NCBI GenBank assembly: GCA_965224085.1
Contig: CBDCYI010000009.1
Coordinates: 672,001-736,000 of the forward strand
Length of the DNA: 64,000 bases
Direction: 5' to 3'
Source of the DNA: Candidatus Marinacidobacterales bacterium
GTDB taxonomy: Bacteria; Acidobacteriota; Vicinamibacteria; Marinacidobacterales; SMYC01
Part shown: piece after piece, positions 20,260 to 30,719 of the stretch
Numbering within the stretch: the first letter of the stretch is position 1
Layout: each line of letters begins with the position of its first letter
Notes under the pieces: model-generated
Told to the model about the DNA's origin: nothing
Databases searched by the model: none
Seen by the model: only the letters and a program-made list of their open reading frames with translations
Made by a program: the position numbers and the translations under genes

Positions 20260-21908
20260 GAGGCGCGCTCATTATAGGGCAAATTGGCGCGCGGTTTGGC
20301 TGACCGCGGTTCTCAGCGCCAACGCCGACATGGCTTCGGATGCGCTCCGGGTCGTCTCCTGAAATCACCGGCCCCGGAGCAAAGCATGACGCCGTTTTTG
20401 ACGGCGACCGAGGACGGGCTGTGGTTAAGCTGGCTCGAGCGTGTCGAGGGCGGCCACGCTTTGCGCTTTTCGACGTGGGACGGCGAGGGATTCGCGCCGC
20501 CGAGCACGGTTCACACTTCTGACCACTTCTTCGCGAACTGGGCGGATTTCAGCTCGATCTTGAGCTTCGGCGACGGCCGCCTGGCAGCGCATTGGCTCGA
20601 GAAGGCAGCCGAAGGTACGTACGAGTACGACGTTTTCATCGCACTCTCCGAAGACGGCGGAATGAGCTGGGGAAAACCCGAAAGGCCGCATCGGGACGGC
20701 ACTTTGAGCACGGCTTCGTCTCGCTCGTCGCGGATGAATCCACTGGATTCTCAGCAGTATGGCTCGACGGTCGTGAGTTCAAAAAGGGCGCCAGCGACAA
20801 TGAGATGACCCTCCGCTACACGCGCTTCGACGGCAAGGCGTACACCGAGGACGTATTGCTCGATGGGCGCATATGCGAGTGCTGCCAAACAGGGATGGCG
20901 CGCACCGAGTCGGGCCTCTTCGTCGCCTATCGCAATCGATCGCCTGACGATACCGAGATTCGCGACATTAGCTATGTGCGCCAAGTGAACGGCGAATGGA
21001 CTGAGCCCAAGTCGCTTCACGACGACGGCTGGGAGATTCCAGGCTGTCCCGTCAACGGTCCGCAAGTCGCGGCGTCCGACAACCGCCTCGCGGTGGCGTG
21101 GTTCAGCGCCTCATCGCGCGAGCCCAAAGTTCAACTGCTCTTCTCGGATGATGGCGGCGCAAGCTTCGGCGAGCCCATCCGAATCGACGACGGCCGCCCG
21201 GTGGGTCGCGTGGACGTCGAATGGATCGGCGAGGACGTCGTGGTCACGTGGCTCGAACGGGGCGAAGGGCGCCAAGGTGAGATCCGCGTGAAACGCGTGG
21301 CGCCTTCGGGCGGGCCCGCGCCTGCAGTCGTCGTCGCGCGCACAGCTTCGGGCCGTGCCAGCGGCTTTCCGCGCATGACGCGCTTCCATGACGAGATTTA
21401 CGTCACGTGGACGGAGTCCTACGATCGCAAGGGACCTTCGCAAGTGCACGTCGCGAAGCTCGTCGATGAGGCGCCCCTGCTCCCCTTACTTGACGAGGCC
21501 GCCTTCGCTTTCGAAGCGGAGGACGTCGACGGCAAGCTCGTTACACTCAGCGGTCTCGAAGGCAAAGTTGTCCTGCTCAATTTCTGGGGTATATGGTGCA
21601 AGAGCTGCCGAGAGGAGATCCCGCATCTCGTTACGCTCGACGAGCGCTTACGCGAGCGCGGCCTCGTCGTGCTCGGCGCCGACTATGGCGATGCGCCGGA
21701 GGATCTTCCGGCCTACATCGAAGAGATCGGCATGAGCTACCCCGTTCTTCTCGATGACGGTCTCGCGGACGACTACGAAGTCCTTGTCTTTCCGACGAGC
21801 GTCGTCATCGATCGCATGGGCCGCGTTCGCTACCGCGTCGAAGGATTCCGGGAGAAGAGCTTTCGCGATCTCGAGCGTGTCGTGGAACGGCTTCTCGCCG
21901 AGAGTTGA
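20258..21908 (+). pseudogene. BNR/sialidase-like beta-propeller fused to TlpA thioredoxin domain; two frameshifts (~20357, ~20708)
   Basis: FFANWADF, Asp-boxes SEDGG.SW and SDDGG.SF, ICECC and GCPVNGP, then NFWGIWCKSC. The start position is uncertain. Confidence 0.7.
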
Positions 21909-21943
21909 CGTTGGAGTTCGTAGAGTTCCTGCATGCCGCTGTT

Positions 21944-23197
21944 TTACAGGAACGCCTTCACTGGGAGCGCGACGATCTGTTGCGTCAAAAGATACGGGCG
22001 GCTCGTATCGTGGAGCACGATCCCGAAAGGTGCTCGTTTCTTGTAGTCACCGAGAAAAAGCTCGAGATGTCGGAGTTGAGCCACCCGCACGCGTTTCGAC
22101 GTCTTGACTTCGATGGGTAGCAGGCGCCGTGAGCTTTCGATGATGAAGTCCACCTCTGTGCCGCCGGCCGTGCGCCAATAGAAAACGGTGGGTCTTGGCA
22201 TACATGTCTCGATCCACGAGAGCATCCCCGACAAGACCGCGTTCTCGAGGAGTGCGCCCGCAAGCGAGCTCGTGGACAGCTCCTTTTTCTGGTTCAGACC
22301 GACCAGATGGGCTGCGAGGCCGGTGTCCCGCCAGAAGATCTTGGGCGATTTGATGAGTCGCTTCGAACGGTTTACCGAATATGCCGGGAGGCGATAGATC
22401 TGAAAGGTTGTCTCGAGCAAGTTCAAATAGCGGTGTGCCGTGGCCTGGGAAAGACCAGCATCTCTTCCGATCTCCGTTTGATTGAGGAGTTGTCCGACAC
22501 GGTGCACGGCGAGCCCCATCAAACGACGAAAGTCGGGTAGCGATGCCACTTGGGAGACGTCGCGCAGATCGCGTTCCAGATAAGTTCGGACGAATCCATC
22601 GAACCACAACAAGCGTTCCCGGGAGGTCCGGGCGAGGACCGCCCGCGGCATGCCCCCTCGAATCAGCTCGATTCGCCAATCCACATCCGGAAACACGAAC
22701 GTGTCCCCCCATGCCAAAGCTTGGGCGGCGCTTTTCGCCCGGAGAAGCTCGCTCCATGGAGGGACGCTTCCGTCCCCTCGCCGTTCGCCGCCCGTGAACG
22801 GGGAAAGATTGAGATAGGCGGCCCGACCAGCGAGGGAATCAGCAACCCCACGCATCAGGTGAAGATTGGCGGAGCCCGTGAGAAGAAATCTTCCTCGCCG
22901 ACGTCGGCGGTCCACATCCCGCTTAATCGACAGAAGGATTTCTGGTGCGCGTTGGACTTCATCGATCGTCAAGCGCTGAGCCCTCACCAGAAGGTCATCC
23001 GGCCTCCTCTTTGCGAGGTCGAGCACGTCGAGATCGTCGAGCGTCTCGAAATGACGCTTCCAAGCTGAGCCGAGATGCTTCACGAGCGTGGTCTTCCCCG
23101 TCTGTCGTCCTCCCGTAACGACGACCACTGGATGGGTTGCGAGCGCTTCTTCGACGACTGGCGCTAGCGCCCGAGGACGGAATCTCGGCTTATTCAT
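21944..23197 (-). CDS. AAA+ ATPase with wHTH and DUF4143 nuclease-like domain (copy 1)
   Basis: GGRQTGKTT, IDEVQ, LTGSA, SLAGR, DTGL and EVDFII...IEVK. Confidence 0.9.
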   Translation of the reverse strand: MNKPRFRPRALAPVVEEALATHPVVVVTGGRQTGKTTLVKHLGSAWKRHFETLDDLDVLDLAKRRPDDLLVRAQRLTIDEVQRAPEILLSIKRDVDRRRRRGRFLLTGSANLHLMRGVADSLAGRAAYLNLSPFTGGERRGDGSVPPWSELLRAKSAAQALAWGDTFVFPDVDWRIELIRGGMPRAVLARTSRERLLWFDGFVRTYLERDLRDVSQVASLPDFRRLMGLAVHRVGQLLNQTEIGRDAGLSQATAHRYLNLLETTFQIYRLPAYSVNRSKRLIKSPKIFWRDTGLAAHLVGLNQKKELSTSSLAGALLENAVLSGMLSWIETCMPRPTVFYWRTAGGTEVDFIIESSRRLLPIEVKTSKRVRVAQLRHLELFLGDYKKRAPFGIVLHDTSRPYLLTQQIVALPVKAFL

Positions 23198-23316
23198 CAC
23201 CTGGATGATAATCATTCACCACGCGAATAGGCAACTCGGATCCAGTCGCAAGCGCTTCTTCGGTGGGCGGCGCTACGAGGCTAAACCTGTCGGCCTCGTG
23301 ATGAAGATCACCGCGT

Positions 23317-23718
23317 CTATCGAATCCTCAGCTCTACGAATCCCGCCGCGGCAAAGTCTCCGTCGAAGGCAAGCGCGCTGCGGATTTTGCGTGCCCGCAT
23401 CAAAGCGAAGCTCGTTGCGTCTACGAAGGAGTACTCCCGCTCGTCATGACGCCGGAGCCATCGAAGAGCTTCCGCTTCGAGATCTTGGTCGATCCAGATG
23501 ACTTGTAGCCGTGGGGAATTTCCTATCGCGTCGAGAAAATCGACGGCGGAGGCGTGACCTGCTCGTCGGCGGAGAAAGGTCCACGTTTCGCCGCGCACCT
23601 GGCTGGAGGTGAAGAGCGCCCCGCCAGCGTGCTCGCGCAGCAAAAGTGTTGCTTGCCCGTGATTGGCGTCGCGACGATTCCGGATGGCGACCCAAAACGA
23701 GGTGTCGACGAAGATCAT
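23317..23718 (-). CDS. vapC: VapC PIN-domain toxin
   Basis: IFVDTSFW, E at helix 3, SFVDATSF and FDGDF. Confidence 0.9.
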   Translation of the reverse strand: MIFVDTSFWVAIRNRRDANHGQATLLLREHAGGALFTSSQVRGETWTFLRRRAGHASAVDFLDAIGNSPRLQVIWIDQDLEAEALRWLRRHDEREYSFVDATSFALMRARKIRSALAFDGDFAAAGFVELRIR

Positions 23719-23927
23719 CGATAGACGACGTCGTCTATCGACTCGGGTTCGAAGTCGTCGGTTCCGACCATGCGCCAGAGAGGGTCCGATTCGAGCGGCG
23801 GAAGAGGGTCGAGTCGGTCACGAACGTATTGTCGAATTAGAGCCGCCTTCGAGACCTTCTCCCGAAGCGCCTGCCGCTCGAGTGCCTCATCGAGGTCTTC
23901 CTCAATCATGATTTGAAGGCGTTTCAT
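23715..23927 (-). CDS. RHH/CopG antitoxin
   Basis: MKRLQIMIEEDLDEALERQA...SKAALIR; 4-bp overlap with the toxin; upstream palindrome ACATCA-N6-TGATGT at 23939-23956. Confidence 0.85.
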   Translation of the reverse strand: MKRLQIMIEEDLDEALERQALREKVSKAALIRQYVRDRLDPLPPLESDPLWRMVGTDDFEPESIDDVVYR

Positions 23928-24009
23928 ACGATGATTATACATCACGTTCTTGATGTGTGTGTATCATTCGAAGTTCCTCGTTCAGCGATTCGCGGAGCTT
24001 GCCGCCCTG

Positions 24010-24488
24010 AAGGAATTTCGGATGCGCTCGACAAAGCGCATCGTGAAGGGGTCGTGCACCGCGACTTGAAGCCCGGGAACAACGCGGCCTTTTCGCCGGA
24101 CGGGCGCTGGCTTGCCTACCATGCGCAGGAGTCGGGACGGGAAGTCGTGTCCGTTTGCGAGTTTCCCGGCCCGGGTCCGACGTGGACCGTCGCCGGCGAA
24201 GGGGGTCTGTGGCCCGCCTGGTCTCCTGACGCAAGCAGAGCTCTTCTTCCTACCCCGAGCGCCCTGAAGGCGGTCGCCGTCCGTACCTCCCCGAGCGTTC
24301 GCTTCGGCGCGCCCCGTACCGTTCTCGACGCGCAACAGCTCGCAAACTTTGGCGATCGGTACAGCGTCTCACCCGACGGCCAGCGCTTTTTGTTCATCGA
24401 ATATGAGTCCTTCGCCCGCACGAGAAGCCTCGTCATCGTGCTTAATTGGACCGAAGAGTTGAAACGCTTGGCTCCAACGGACGATTGA
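24010..24488 (+). pseudogene. Ser/Thr kinase-PD40 beta-propeller relic with large in-frame internal deletion
   Basis: ISDALDKAHREGVVHRDLKPGN joins directly to AAFSPDGRWLAY...VIVLNWTEELKRL. Confidence 0.85.
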
Positions 24489-24572
24489 TTACCCTATCTC
24501 GAGCTCAGCGGCAATATTCCTGGGTCCACGAAACGGCATTCCACGATGCCCTTGGACCCGCCGCTAGCGACG

Positions 24573-24950
24573 TTACGTGATCAAAGTGGGAACATCGTAT
24601 CGTGCAATGTCGGCGTCATGCGTTACGAGGGTCAGCCCATCCACGAGGCATTGGGCAATGAGCAATCGATCGAACGGGTCTCGATGGTGAAGGGGAAGCT
24701 CGGCTACTTTGAAAGCATGCTCTCGTGTCATATCCAGGTGCTGGAAAGGCTCACTCTCGACAACGTCGGACAGCTCATCAGGAGCCACGAGTTTTCCAAG
24801 CGCTCTCTTGATGACGATCTCCCAAACGGTCACTGCGCTGACGTACACGAGTTGCTCGGGATTTCTTATGGCTTCCCGCGCGTGCGGCTCGAGCGCATCA
24901 GCGTCCGCAAGCCACCACAGGAGCACGTGCGTATCGAGCAGCAGATTCAC
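24573..24950 (-). CDS. vapC: VapC PIN-domain toxin
   Basis: LLLDTHVLLWW, VSAVTVWEI, HRDPFDRLLIAQ and LVTHD. Confidence 0.92.
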   Translation of the reverse strand: MNLLLDTHVLLWWLADADALEPHAREAIRNPEQLVYVSAVTVWEIVIKRALGKLVAPDELSDVVESEPFQHLDMTREHAFKVAELPLHHRDPFDRLLIAQCLVDGLTLVTHDADIARYDVPTLIT

Positions 24951-25186
24951 TTGTTTCTTGCGCCCAAGGCCTCAGCGAGGTCATCCGGAAGCTCATCGAA
25001 GTCTGGCGCGATTTGGATCTTTCCACGCAAACCGCCAGGTTCGCGGGGTTGCTCCGCCTTCTTGTACGCTTTCAAGATCGCGACGGGCCGGCCGGCGCGG
25101 CAGATGATGATTTCTCGCCCCTCGGAGGCCTTGTCGATGAGCTCCGAAAGACTCGCTTTCGCTTCTGATACTGTGTTGACAACCAT
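24947..25186 (-). CDS. Phd/YefM antitoxin
   Basis: VSEAKASLSELID...GREIII.RAGRPVA; upstream palindrome AGACCAGATCTGGTCT at 25199-25214. Confidence 0.9.
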   Translation of the reverse strand: MVVNTVSEAKASLSELIDKASEGREIIICRAGRPVAILKAYKKAEQPREPGGLRGKIQIAPDFDELPDDLAEALGARNK

Positions 25187-25448
25187 AAGAATCTCATAAG
25201 ACCAGATCTGGTCTGGTCTTGTGTGAGTCTATTTAAAAAGCCATTTAGATGCAACTCTTATCCTGCTTCCGAAGCACTGTGAATGTCGAGCTGGAACCAC
25301 ACATTGTTCCGCGTGGTTGGGACGTTGTCTCGGAAGGATGGCGATACGCAAAAGCCGTGAACTCGAGATAGAATCTCGCGAATAGATGCTGGAGCCCTGA
25401 TTTGAGCGCCGCAAGCGCACGGGGGGCGGGTGTCGAAACCGTGAGGAG

Positions 25449-25934
25449 ATGGCCATGGCACCCTTGTTTCTGTTGTTCCTGACTATCGCTGGCGCCCGCG
25501 TTGCCGCTACGCCTGCACGACGCAAAGGACGCAAGTGCGAAGGTCTACGAATATTTCAGCGTGTTCAACGAAAGGGCAAACAGAAAATCGCGCATGAGAT
25601 CTATGCGACGCCTCTTCACATCGGTGGTGGAACGGGCCATCGGGTTCTCGCCGATGCGGACGCGGCCGTCCAGAATCTAATCAACCTTTACGAGCAGATC
25701 GACGCGCAAGGATGGAAAGAATCACGCATCAAGGACGTCGTCGTCTGCTTGGCGTCCGAAAGCCTGGCGTTTGTGGACACCCAATATTCACGCCTCGACG
25801 ACAACGGCACACCGATCCCACCAACGCTCAGAACGAATCTGTACGTGCTGCAGAAGCTCGACGGCGACTGGAGAATCGTCGCGTTTTACAGCCACGACTC
25901 CGACAAGCGACCCGGCTGCGAGCCCACAGAATAA
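25449..25934 (+). pseudogene. NTF2/SnoaL-like small protein, 5' part probably scrambled
   Basis: The C-terminal YSRLDDNG...YVLQKLDGDWRIVA is NTF2-like; the N-terminus is incoherent. Confidence 0.45.
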
Positions 25935-26034
25935 TTGGGCTCCGAAATCGACTCTTAGCGGCTAACAAGCGAAAACTCACCGGAACACTCACACCCCAAT
26001 GGTGGTGTCGTCAGTGGAAACGGTCTAGCTTTGG

Positions 26035-26364
26035 GTGGCGACGGAAGCCAACCTGAACGGGAGTGCCGGAGTGAGGATTCGAAGCTTGTTGGAACACGAT
26101 CTCTTTTGGGGCGCAGGTCTGGGCGCGGCCGTTGTCCTATGTATTCAAATTCGCACGTGGATCGGTCTCGGGCTGACCTATTGGACGTTTACCTTGACCT
26201 ACGTGCTGGTTGTTGTTTTCGCCGTGCTCGGAGCACGTTCGCTGCGCAAGCGCTCGGCGGGGTCGCCGGGCATCGGACGCACCGTCGTCTTGATAGCGCT
26301 CATGATCCTCGTGTCCAGAGTGATCTATCAAACGTACATGTTCATCTATTTGACCTACGGGTAA
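26035..26364 (+). CDS. Small membrane protein, likely 3'-truncated
   Basis: Three TM segments that end abruptly before the beta-lactamase start. Confidence 0.4.
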   Translation: MATEANLNGSAGVRIRSLLEHDLFWGAGLGAAVVLCIQIRTWIGLGLTYWTFTLTYVLVVVFAVLGARSLRKRSAGSPGIGRTVVLIALMILVSRVIYQTYMFIYLTYG

Positions 26365-26367
26365 ATC

Positions 26368-27170
26368 ATGACACGCTTGATGGCCATGCTAGCCCTCGCA
26401 TTTGCAGCGGCGCGGTAGGCGAAGAGCTCCCGGACAAGGAGCTCGTCGACCACATTCGCGAATAAATTGATCAGGGCAAGTATGTCGGCGTCATCGTCGG
26501 CCTCATCGATGGCGATCGTACGATCGTTCAAAGCTTCGGCGAGACGGCGAAGGGCTCCGGCAGGGCTCCGAACGAGCGTACTTTGTTCGAGATCAGCTCG
26601 ATCTCGAAAACATTGGTCGCGACGATTCTTGCGGATGTCGCGGTCCGAACCGATTTGGAGCTTACCGATCCGGTGCGCGATTACCTACCGAGCGGTGTGC
26701 GGCTCGCCGCTATGGACGGGCAAGAAGCGACGCTCGAAGATTTGGCGGTACATACGGCCGGGCTTCCCTACTTGCCGGAAGACTACGAAGCGCCGGAGGG
26801 ATTGAACCCGCACTCGGGCTACAACTCGGACGATCTGTGGCGTTCCGTCAACGCGTTCTCGCCGACGACGCCAGCGGGCCAGGAGCACAGCTATTCGGCC
26901 TTCGGCTTCGGAATCCTGACCCACGTTCTTTCGTTGCACACGGGGCACTCCTTCGGCGGGCTGCTGCGGATCCACATCACGGATCCGCTCGGTTTGGAGG
27001 ATACCGTGCTCGAGCCCGGCTTCGAGCAGCGGCGATGGTTGGCGACCGGCTACGACACGGAAGGCAACATGGCGCCGTACATGGACCAGGGAGCCTTCCA
27101 GGGCGCGGGGTCGTTGTTCTCGACGCTCGCCGACATGCTCGTCTACGTGAAGGCGAACATGGCGAGCTGA
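26368..27170 (+). pseudogene. Serine hydrolase/beta-lactamase family (AmpC/AmpH-like); frameshift, internal TAA (26463), 3'-truncated
   Basis: Signal peptide MTRLMAMLALAFAA, FEISSISKT (SxxK), HTAGLP, YSAFG and GAGSLFST; the C-terminal part is missing. Confidence 0.8.
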
Positions 27171-27247
27171 AGCGTCCGTAGAATAGAACTTGGCGGCGCA
27201 AAATAGCGCGTTTGCGGGCTTCGACCCGTTTGGCAACAATCATCGGT

Positions 27248-29038
27248 ATGCGCGAAACCCCGCGAAGTAGGCTCGCGACGCTCCTCGCGTCGAAGCGGAT
27301 AGGATGGATTGCGGTAGGCGTCGCCGTCGTTTTGAACCTGCCCTCGATCCCCACGGGCTGGTACTTGGACGATCTGGTGCATCGAGCACAGTTTCTGGAA
27401 ATCGGTCCGATGACCGATTCCTCGAACATGACAGACCGAATGTTCGACTTTCTCTCCGGTGACCCGGAACAGATTTTGTCGTACAAAGAAATCGGCGTTC
27501 TTCCCTGGTGGACGGACGACACGCTGAAGATTCGCTTTTGGCGGCCGTTGTCTTCGCTCACCCACGTCGTGGATTACACGCTCTGGCCCGATCGGTCTGG
27601 TTGGATGCACGTTCACAACCTCGCATGGCTCGCGCTTCTGATCGGCGCGACCGCAGCGATCTACCGGCGACTGATCGCGATACCTTGGGTCGCTGGGCTT
27701 GCGGCTTTGCTCTACGCGCTCGATGATGCTCACGGCATGCCGGTCGCCTTCCTCGCGAACCGGAACGCGCTCGTGGCAACCGGCTTTGGAGTGCTCAGCC
27801 TGTGGTGTCACGATCGTGCTCGTCGCGACGGATGGACGCCTGGAGCGGCGCTCAGCCCCATGGCCTTCCTGGCCGCGCTTCTCGGAGGCGAGAGTGGAAT
27901 TGGCGCTGCTCCGTATCTGCTCGGCTATGCACTATTTCTGGAGCGAAAGTCCGGCGTCGCGCGTTTCGCGTCGATCGCTCCCCACGCGCTCGTCGGAATC
28001 GTCTGGCTCGCCGTGTACAAGATCAGCGGTTACGGAACTGCTGGAAGCGGCTTCTACCTCGATCCGGTCGCGGAGCCCGCGGCATGGTTTGCGCAATTTC
28101 TAATCCGAGCGCCACTACTCCTTCTCGGCCAGTGGTTCCTACCACCGTCGAGCTTTGCCTTCGCGTGGAACGAAGCGCAAACGTTGAGCGTCGCTATCTT
28201 CGCCGTCGCGTTCCTCGGGGTGCTTTTTCTCTTTCTGCGGCCTCTCCTGCGCGAGGATGCGACCGCGCGCTTCTTCACGTTCGGAATGCTGGTTTCCGTC
28301 GTTCCGATCACGGCGGGCTTCCCTCATGACCGGCTGTTGTTCTTCGTCGGGGTCGGCGCCATGGGCCTGCTTGCGATGCTGCTGGCTCGCCTCCTCGACC
28401 GCTCGCTATCGCCTTTTTTGGGTCGCGTCTTTGCTTGGGTCTTGATTGTCGTACATGTCGTGCTTGCACCGGCTCTTCAGTTGTTGATGAACGCGTCCAT
28501 CGCGGCGCAGGAGCCGCTTTACGCCGACGCACCGAGAAGCCTCCCGTCTGATTCTCGACTCGAATCGCAACGGCTCCTGATCGTCAACCACCCATTGAGC
28601 TTTTACGGTCAATACTCGCTCGTCGTCCCGAGATTCGATGGGCGCGCCGCGCCCGCGTCCATGCTGATGCTCGCGCCGGGAGATTCATCCCTCGTGGTTG
28701 AGCGGCCTTCGAAAGACACACTGTTGATCGAAGCCGAGAGCGGTTGGATGGGCACGTCGTTCGACATCCTGTACCGTGCTCGCACGCGATCGTTTCCGCC
28801 GGATTACCGCGTGACGCTTTCAGATGTTCGGATCGCCGTGGTGGAGTGGATGGACGACGGCCGCCCCAAAAAAGTGCGGTTCACGTTCGAGCGTGAGCTC
28901 GAGGACGCAAGGTTCAGATGGGTAGTCTTCGAAGACGGGCGCTACGTTCCGTTCGAGCTCCCGGGCGTTGGTGAGCGGGCCACGCTAGAGGAAGTTCCTT
29001 TCGATCTTTTGCAACCGGACGCGAGGGCTTCGTCCTAG
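27248..29038 (+). CDS. Polytopic membrane protein, GT-C glycosyltransferase-like
   Basis: YLDD acidic loop after TM1, FWRPL and many TMs, followed by a C-terminal extracytoplasmic domain. Confidence 0.6.
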   Translation: MRETPRSRLATLLASKRIGWIAVGVAVVLNLPSIPTGWYLDDLVHRAQFLEIGPMTDSSNMTDRMFDFLSGDPEQILSYKEIGVLPWWTDDTLKIRFWRPLSSLTHVVDYTLWPDRSGWMHVHNLAWLALLIGATAAIYRRLIAIPWVAGLAALLYALDDAHGMPVAFLANRNALVATGFGVLSLWCHDRARRDGWTPGAALSPMAFLAALLGGESGIGAAPYLLGYALFLERKSGVARFASIAPHALVGIVWLAVYKISGYGTAGSGFYLDPVAEPAAWFAQFLIRAPLLLLGQWFLPPSSFAFAWNEAQTLSVAIFAVAFLGVLFLFLRPLLREDATARFFTFGMLVSVVPITAGFPHDRLLFFVGVGAMGLLAMLLARLLDRSLSPFLGRVFAWVLIVVHVVLAPALQLLMNASIAAQEPLYADAPRSLPSDSRLESQRLLIVNHPLSFYGQYSLVVPRFDGRAAPASMLMLAPGDSSLVVERPSKDTLLIEAESGWMGTSFDILYRARTRSFPPDYRVTLSDVRIAVVEWMDDGRPKKVRFTFERELEDARFRWVVFEDGRYVPFELPGVGERATLEEVPFDLLQPDARASS

Positions 29039-29148
29039 GCCTAGGACGGGGTGCGTCGCCATCACTAGCTTTGAGGAAACTGAAGCGAACCTCGCTAGGA
29101 TCTACGCCGTGCTACATTTTGATTTCCGTATAGTGCGGAGCTAGCGAG

Positions 29149-29181
29149 ATGGCCAACCTGGCAATCACGATCGACGACAAA
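29149..29181 (+). pseudogene. Antitoxin N-terminal relic
   Basis: MANLAITIDD (RHH beta-strand pattern) after a TATAGT -10 and GGAG, then the frame degenerates. Confidence 0.35.
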
Positions 29182-29423
29182 CGGCAGGAGGCTGCCACCG
29201 TCGAGCTCTGACAACGCCGCTAAGCGCGAGGACCCTTTTGCTACCATTGGTAACACCTTGCGCGCGCAGCGTCTCCGTTTCCGCGCCACCACCACGCTGC
29301 GATTCTCACCCCTCGGCTCAGGCGAGCCAGCTACACTAGCCTCGGGTCAAGTCCTGGATGTAAGCGACGAGTCACCGCCTTTTCGTCCGCGTCTGATATC
29401 CTCGACCGGCTCGATACCCACTA

Positions 29424-29596
29424 CTGAAACCCGGAACCAAGCTCGGCAGCTACGAAGTCGTCGCCCCATTGGCAAAGGCGGCATGAGTGAGGTTTACAAA
29501 GCCCGCGACACACGGCGAGACCGTACGGTCGCGATCAAAGTCCTTCCATCGGAGCTCTCGCAGAACGAAGCGCTTCGTCAACGCTTCGAGCGGGAG
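29424..29596 (+). pseudogene. Ser/Thr kinase N-lobe relic
   Basis: LKPGTKLGSYEVV, frameshift, PIGKGGMSEVYKARDTRRDRTVAIKVLP...RFERE, then truncated. Confidence 0.85.
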
Positions 29597-29607
29597 CGCT
29601 TTTCTGA

Positions 29608-29997
29608 TCATGGAGAGCGCCGGCCCGCCGCCTTTGGACCGTCATCCAGAACTGGATCGAGCGGTGAGCGTTGGCCGCTAACTCCGGTCCCAGCTCCGCC
29701 GGTTGGACGGCGGCGCAAGTCGATGAGGTAAAATACGTTATCGGACGAGGCGCGGCGATGCTGAGCCACGGCTTTGTACTCGGGAGATTTTTTCCACTCT
29801 CGGGCTTGCTCGGCAGACGGAAACTCGATGAGCATGACTCGAGGATAGGGCGCATCGCCCTCCAGAACCTCCGCAGGATCCGCGACACTCAGAAGCTTCC
29901 CGGAAAACGCCTCCGTTGTGAGTTCCACGCCAGCGAGGTAGTGTTGAAACCGCTCCATGCGGTGCACGCGTCCGAGCACGATCACATAAGCCGCCAT
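29608..29997 (-). CDS. DUF1330 family protein
   Basis: MAAYVI...Y...GKLL...EVLEG...RVMLIEFPS.EQAREW..SPEY; the C-terminal tail may be read-through. Confidence 0.8.
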   Translation of the reverse strand: MAAYVIVLGRVHRMERFQHYLAGVELTTEAFSGKLLSVADPAEVLEGDAPYPRVMLIEFPSAEQAREWKKSPEYKAVAQHRRASSDNVFYLIDLRRRPTGGAGTGVSGQRSPLDPVLDDGPKAAGRRSP

Positions 29998-30016
29998 CTG
30001 TCGCCTCCTCGCTCAC

Positions 30017-30436
30017 TCAGGTGTCGAGAACCATCCGGAGTGGCTTGCGCTCGCGGGTCCGGTATGCCGAGAATCCTCGACGATCGAGCGTGAGAATATC
30101 CCGAACCCGCAGCGCTTCGGCAAGAAGCAAGAGCGTCGCGTCTGCGAGGTCCATGGGTGTATCGCGGTACTGCTCGATTAGAGAGACGGCCGCGTGAAGT
30201 TCCTGAGCGCCGCAGAAGTTGTACACGTCCGCGCCACTCTCTGAAACAAACTCAGCCAGTCGCCGGGGACCGCTCCGAGCAGAAGCTACGAAGTACATCG
30301 CTTCGGTAACGACCGCACTCGTGGTGGCCAGTCCTCCAGCGAATGACTCGAGGCGCGACCCAACCCGCTCGTGATCGGGGTCGGTTGCATCCAGGTAGGC
30401 CACGATCGGACCCGTGTCGATGAGCCAGATTCTCAC
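30017..30436 (-). CDS. vapC: VapC PIN-domain toxin
   Basis: LIDTGPIVA, VVTEA, PMDLADATL and ILTLDRRGF. Confidence 0.9.
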   Translation of the reverse strand: MRIWLIDTGPIVAYLDATDPDHERVGSRLESFAGGLATTSAVVTEAMYFVASARSGPRRLAEFVSESGADVYNFCGAQELHAAVSLIEQYRDTPMDLADATLLLLAEALRVRDILTLDRRGFSAYRTRERKPLRMVLDT

Positions 30437-30666
30437 GAGCGCCAGTTGCGCTTGCGAATTTCCCGACGCCAGGAGTCGGTGCTCTTTTTCGACAGCGAGA
30501 GACTACCTTTTAGCTTGGAAATTCTCTCTTTCAGAGGGCGTTTGATGAGCGTGCTTTCCAGAATGTCTCGGACGCACTGAGACAGACTTTTGCCTTGCTC
30601 CGCCGCCTTCTTCTCGAGCGCTTCCCGCAGAGCAGGGTCCGTGCGGATCGTTAGCGTCGTACCCAT
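30433..30666 (-). CDS. RHH/CopG antitoxin
   Basis: TTLTIRTDPALREALEKKA...SLSQCVR; 4-bp overlap with the toxin; palindrome ATGTATTACAT at 30665-30675. Confidence 0.85.
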   Translation of the reverse strand: MGTTLTIRTDPALREALEKKAAEQGKSLSQCVRDILESTLIKRPLKERISKLKGSLSLSKKSTDSWRREIRKRNWRS

Positions 30667-30719
30667 GTATTACATCGTACGACGCTCGGTGTTGACTTGC
30701 AACCAAGCTGTCAGCGTGC

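Noticed and set aside
25955-26035. attC-like start (GCTAACAAGCG) between short ORFs, suggesting integron cassettes
   Set aside because: No matching GTTRRRY end or stem was found, and there is no integrase.
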